Below, one piece after another: positions 18,738-18,809 of a stretch of DNA of 18,809 bases. Below the pieces are notes generated by a model. That model was given only the letters and a program-made list of their open reading frames with translations, was not told the origin of the DNA and made no database searches. The DNA comes from a virus, in the IMG/VR virus record IMGVR_UViG_3300045988_153303. One strand, written 5' to 3'. Position 1 is the first letter of the stretch, and every line of letters starts with the position of its first letter. A program made the translations under genes and the position numbers.

Positions 18738-18809
18738 CCCGAAAACACACAAACACGGAAAAAAAAATAAAAAAACAGCCAATGAAACAACAACACCACC
18801 ACCACACAC

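Larger units (their letters stand above)
18334..18809. repeat. Right inverted terminal repeat (ITR), 476 bp
   Basis: Exact reverse complement of 1..476. Confidence 0.95.

Noticed and set aside
1-18809. Possibility that the terminal inverted repeat is an assembly artefact (fold-back chimera), or that the element is a linear plasmid or transposon
   Set aside because: The repeat is short relative to the contig and carries reiterated termini and an AT-rich origin-like tract. It also accompanies a protein-primed polymerase, which predicts ITRs. A complete virion and lysis gene set argues for a phage. This still needs read-level confirmation.
1-18809. Search by eye for tRNA, rRNA, CRISPR repeats, integrase/recombinase, transposase, and toxin-antitoxin or restriction-modification genes
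   Set aside because: I recognised none. All sizeable ORFs are accounted for by virion, replication, lysis or small early genes. I could run no covariance-model search, so a very small RNA gene could have been missed.

Overview
The window appears to be a complete 18.8-kb linear genome of a small phi29-like podovirus that replicates by protein priming. Its host is probably a moderately GC-rich Gram-positive bacterium, judged from AGGAGG-type ribosome-binding sites (SD) and TGnTATAAT extended -10 promoters. Both ends carry a perfect 476-bp inverted terminal repeat (ITR). Each ITR holds a promoter, a palindromic operator-like site and a whole gene for a very acidic 113-aa protein. Apart from the left ITR copy, every gene lies on the minus strand. 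Reading right to left, the order is: about seven small early genes with no recognisable family (16660-18333); a replication module (105-aa protein, SSB-like protein, terminal-protein candidate, family-B DNA polymerase; 13309-16653); a structural module syntenic with phi29 genes 7-13 (scaffold, capsid with Ig-like C-terminus, tail knob, connector, lower collar, fibre genes, tail peptidoglycan hydrolase; 2936-13076); the packaging ATPase; and a lysis cassette (holin, small membrane protein, CHAP-SH3b endolysin). Protein calls rest on motifs I recognise and on remembered phi29 sequences; no search was run. The points most worth follow-up are: (1) the gene-bearing ITRs with reiterated GT/GGT termini; (2) a strand compositional asymmetry anchored to the ends and independent of coding direction; (3) a polymerase whose exonuclease domain looks shrunken and catalytically degenerate; (4) a hairpin-rich noncoding segment downstream of the polymerase, in the position of the phi29 packaging RNA (pRNA); (5) three tandem fibre genes sharing one docking motif. 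I saw no tRNA, rRNA, CRISPR array, integrase or transposase.
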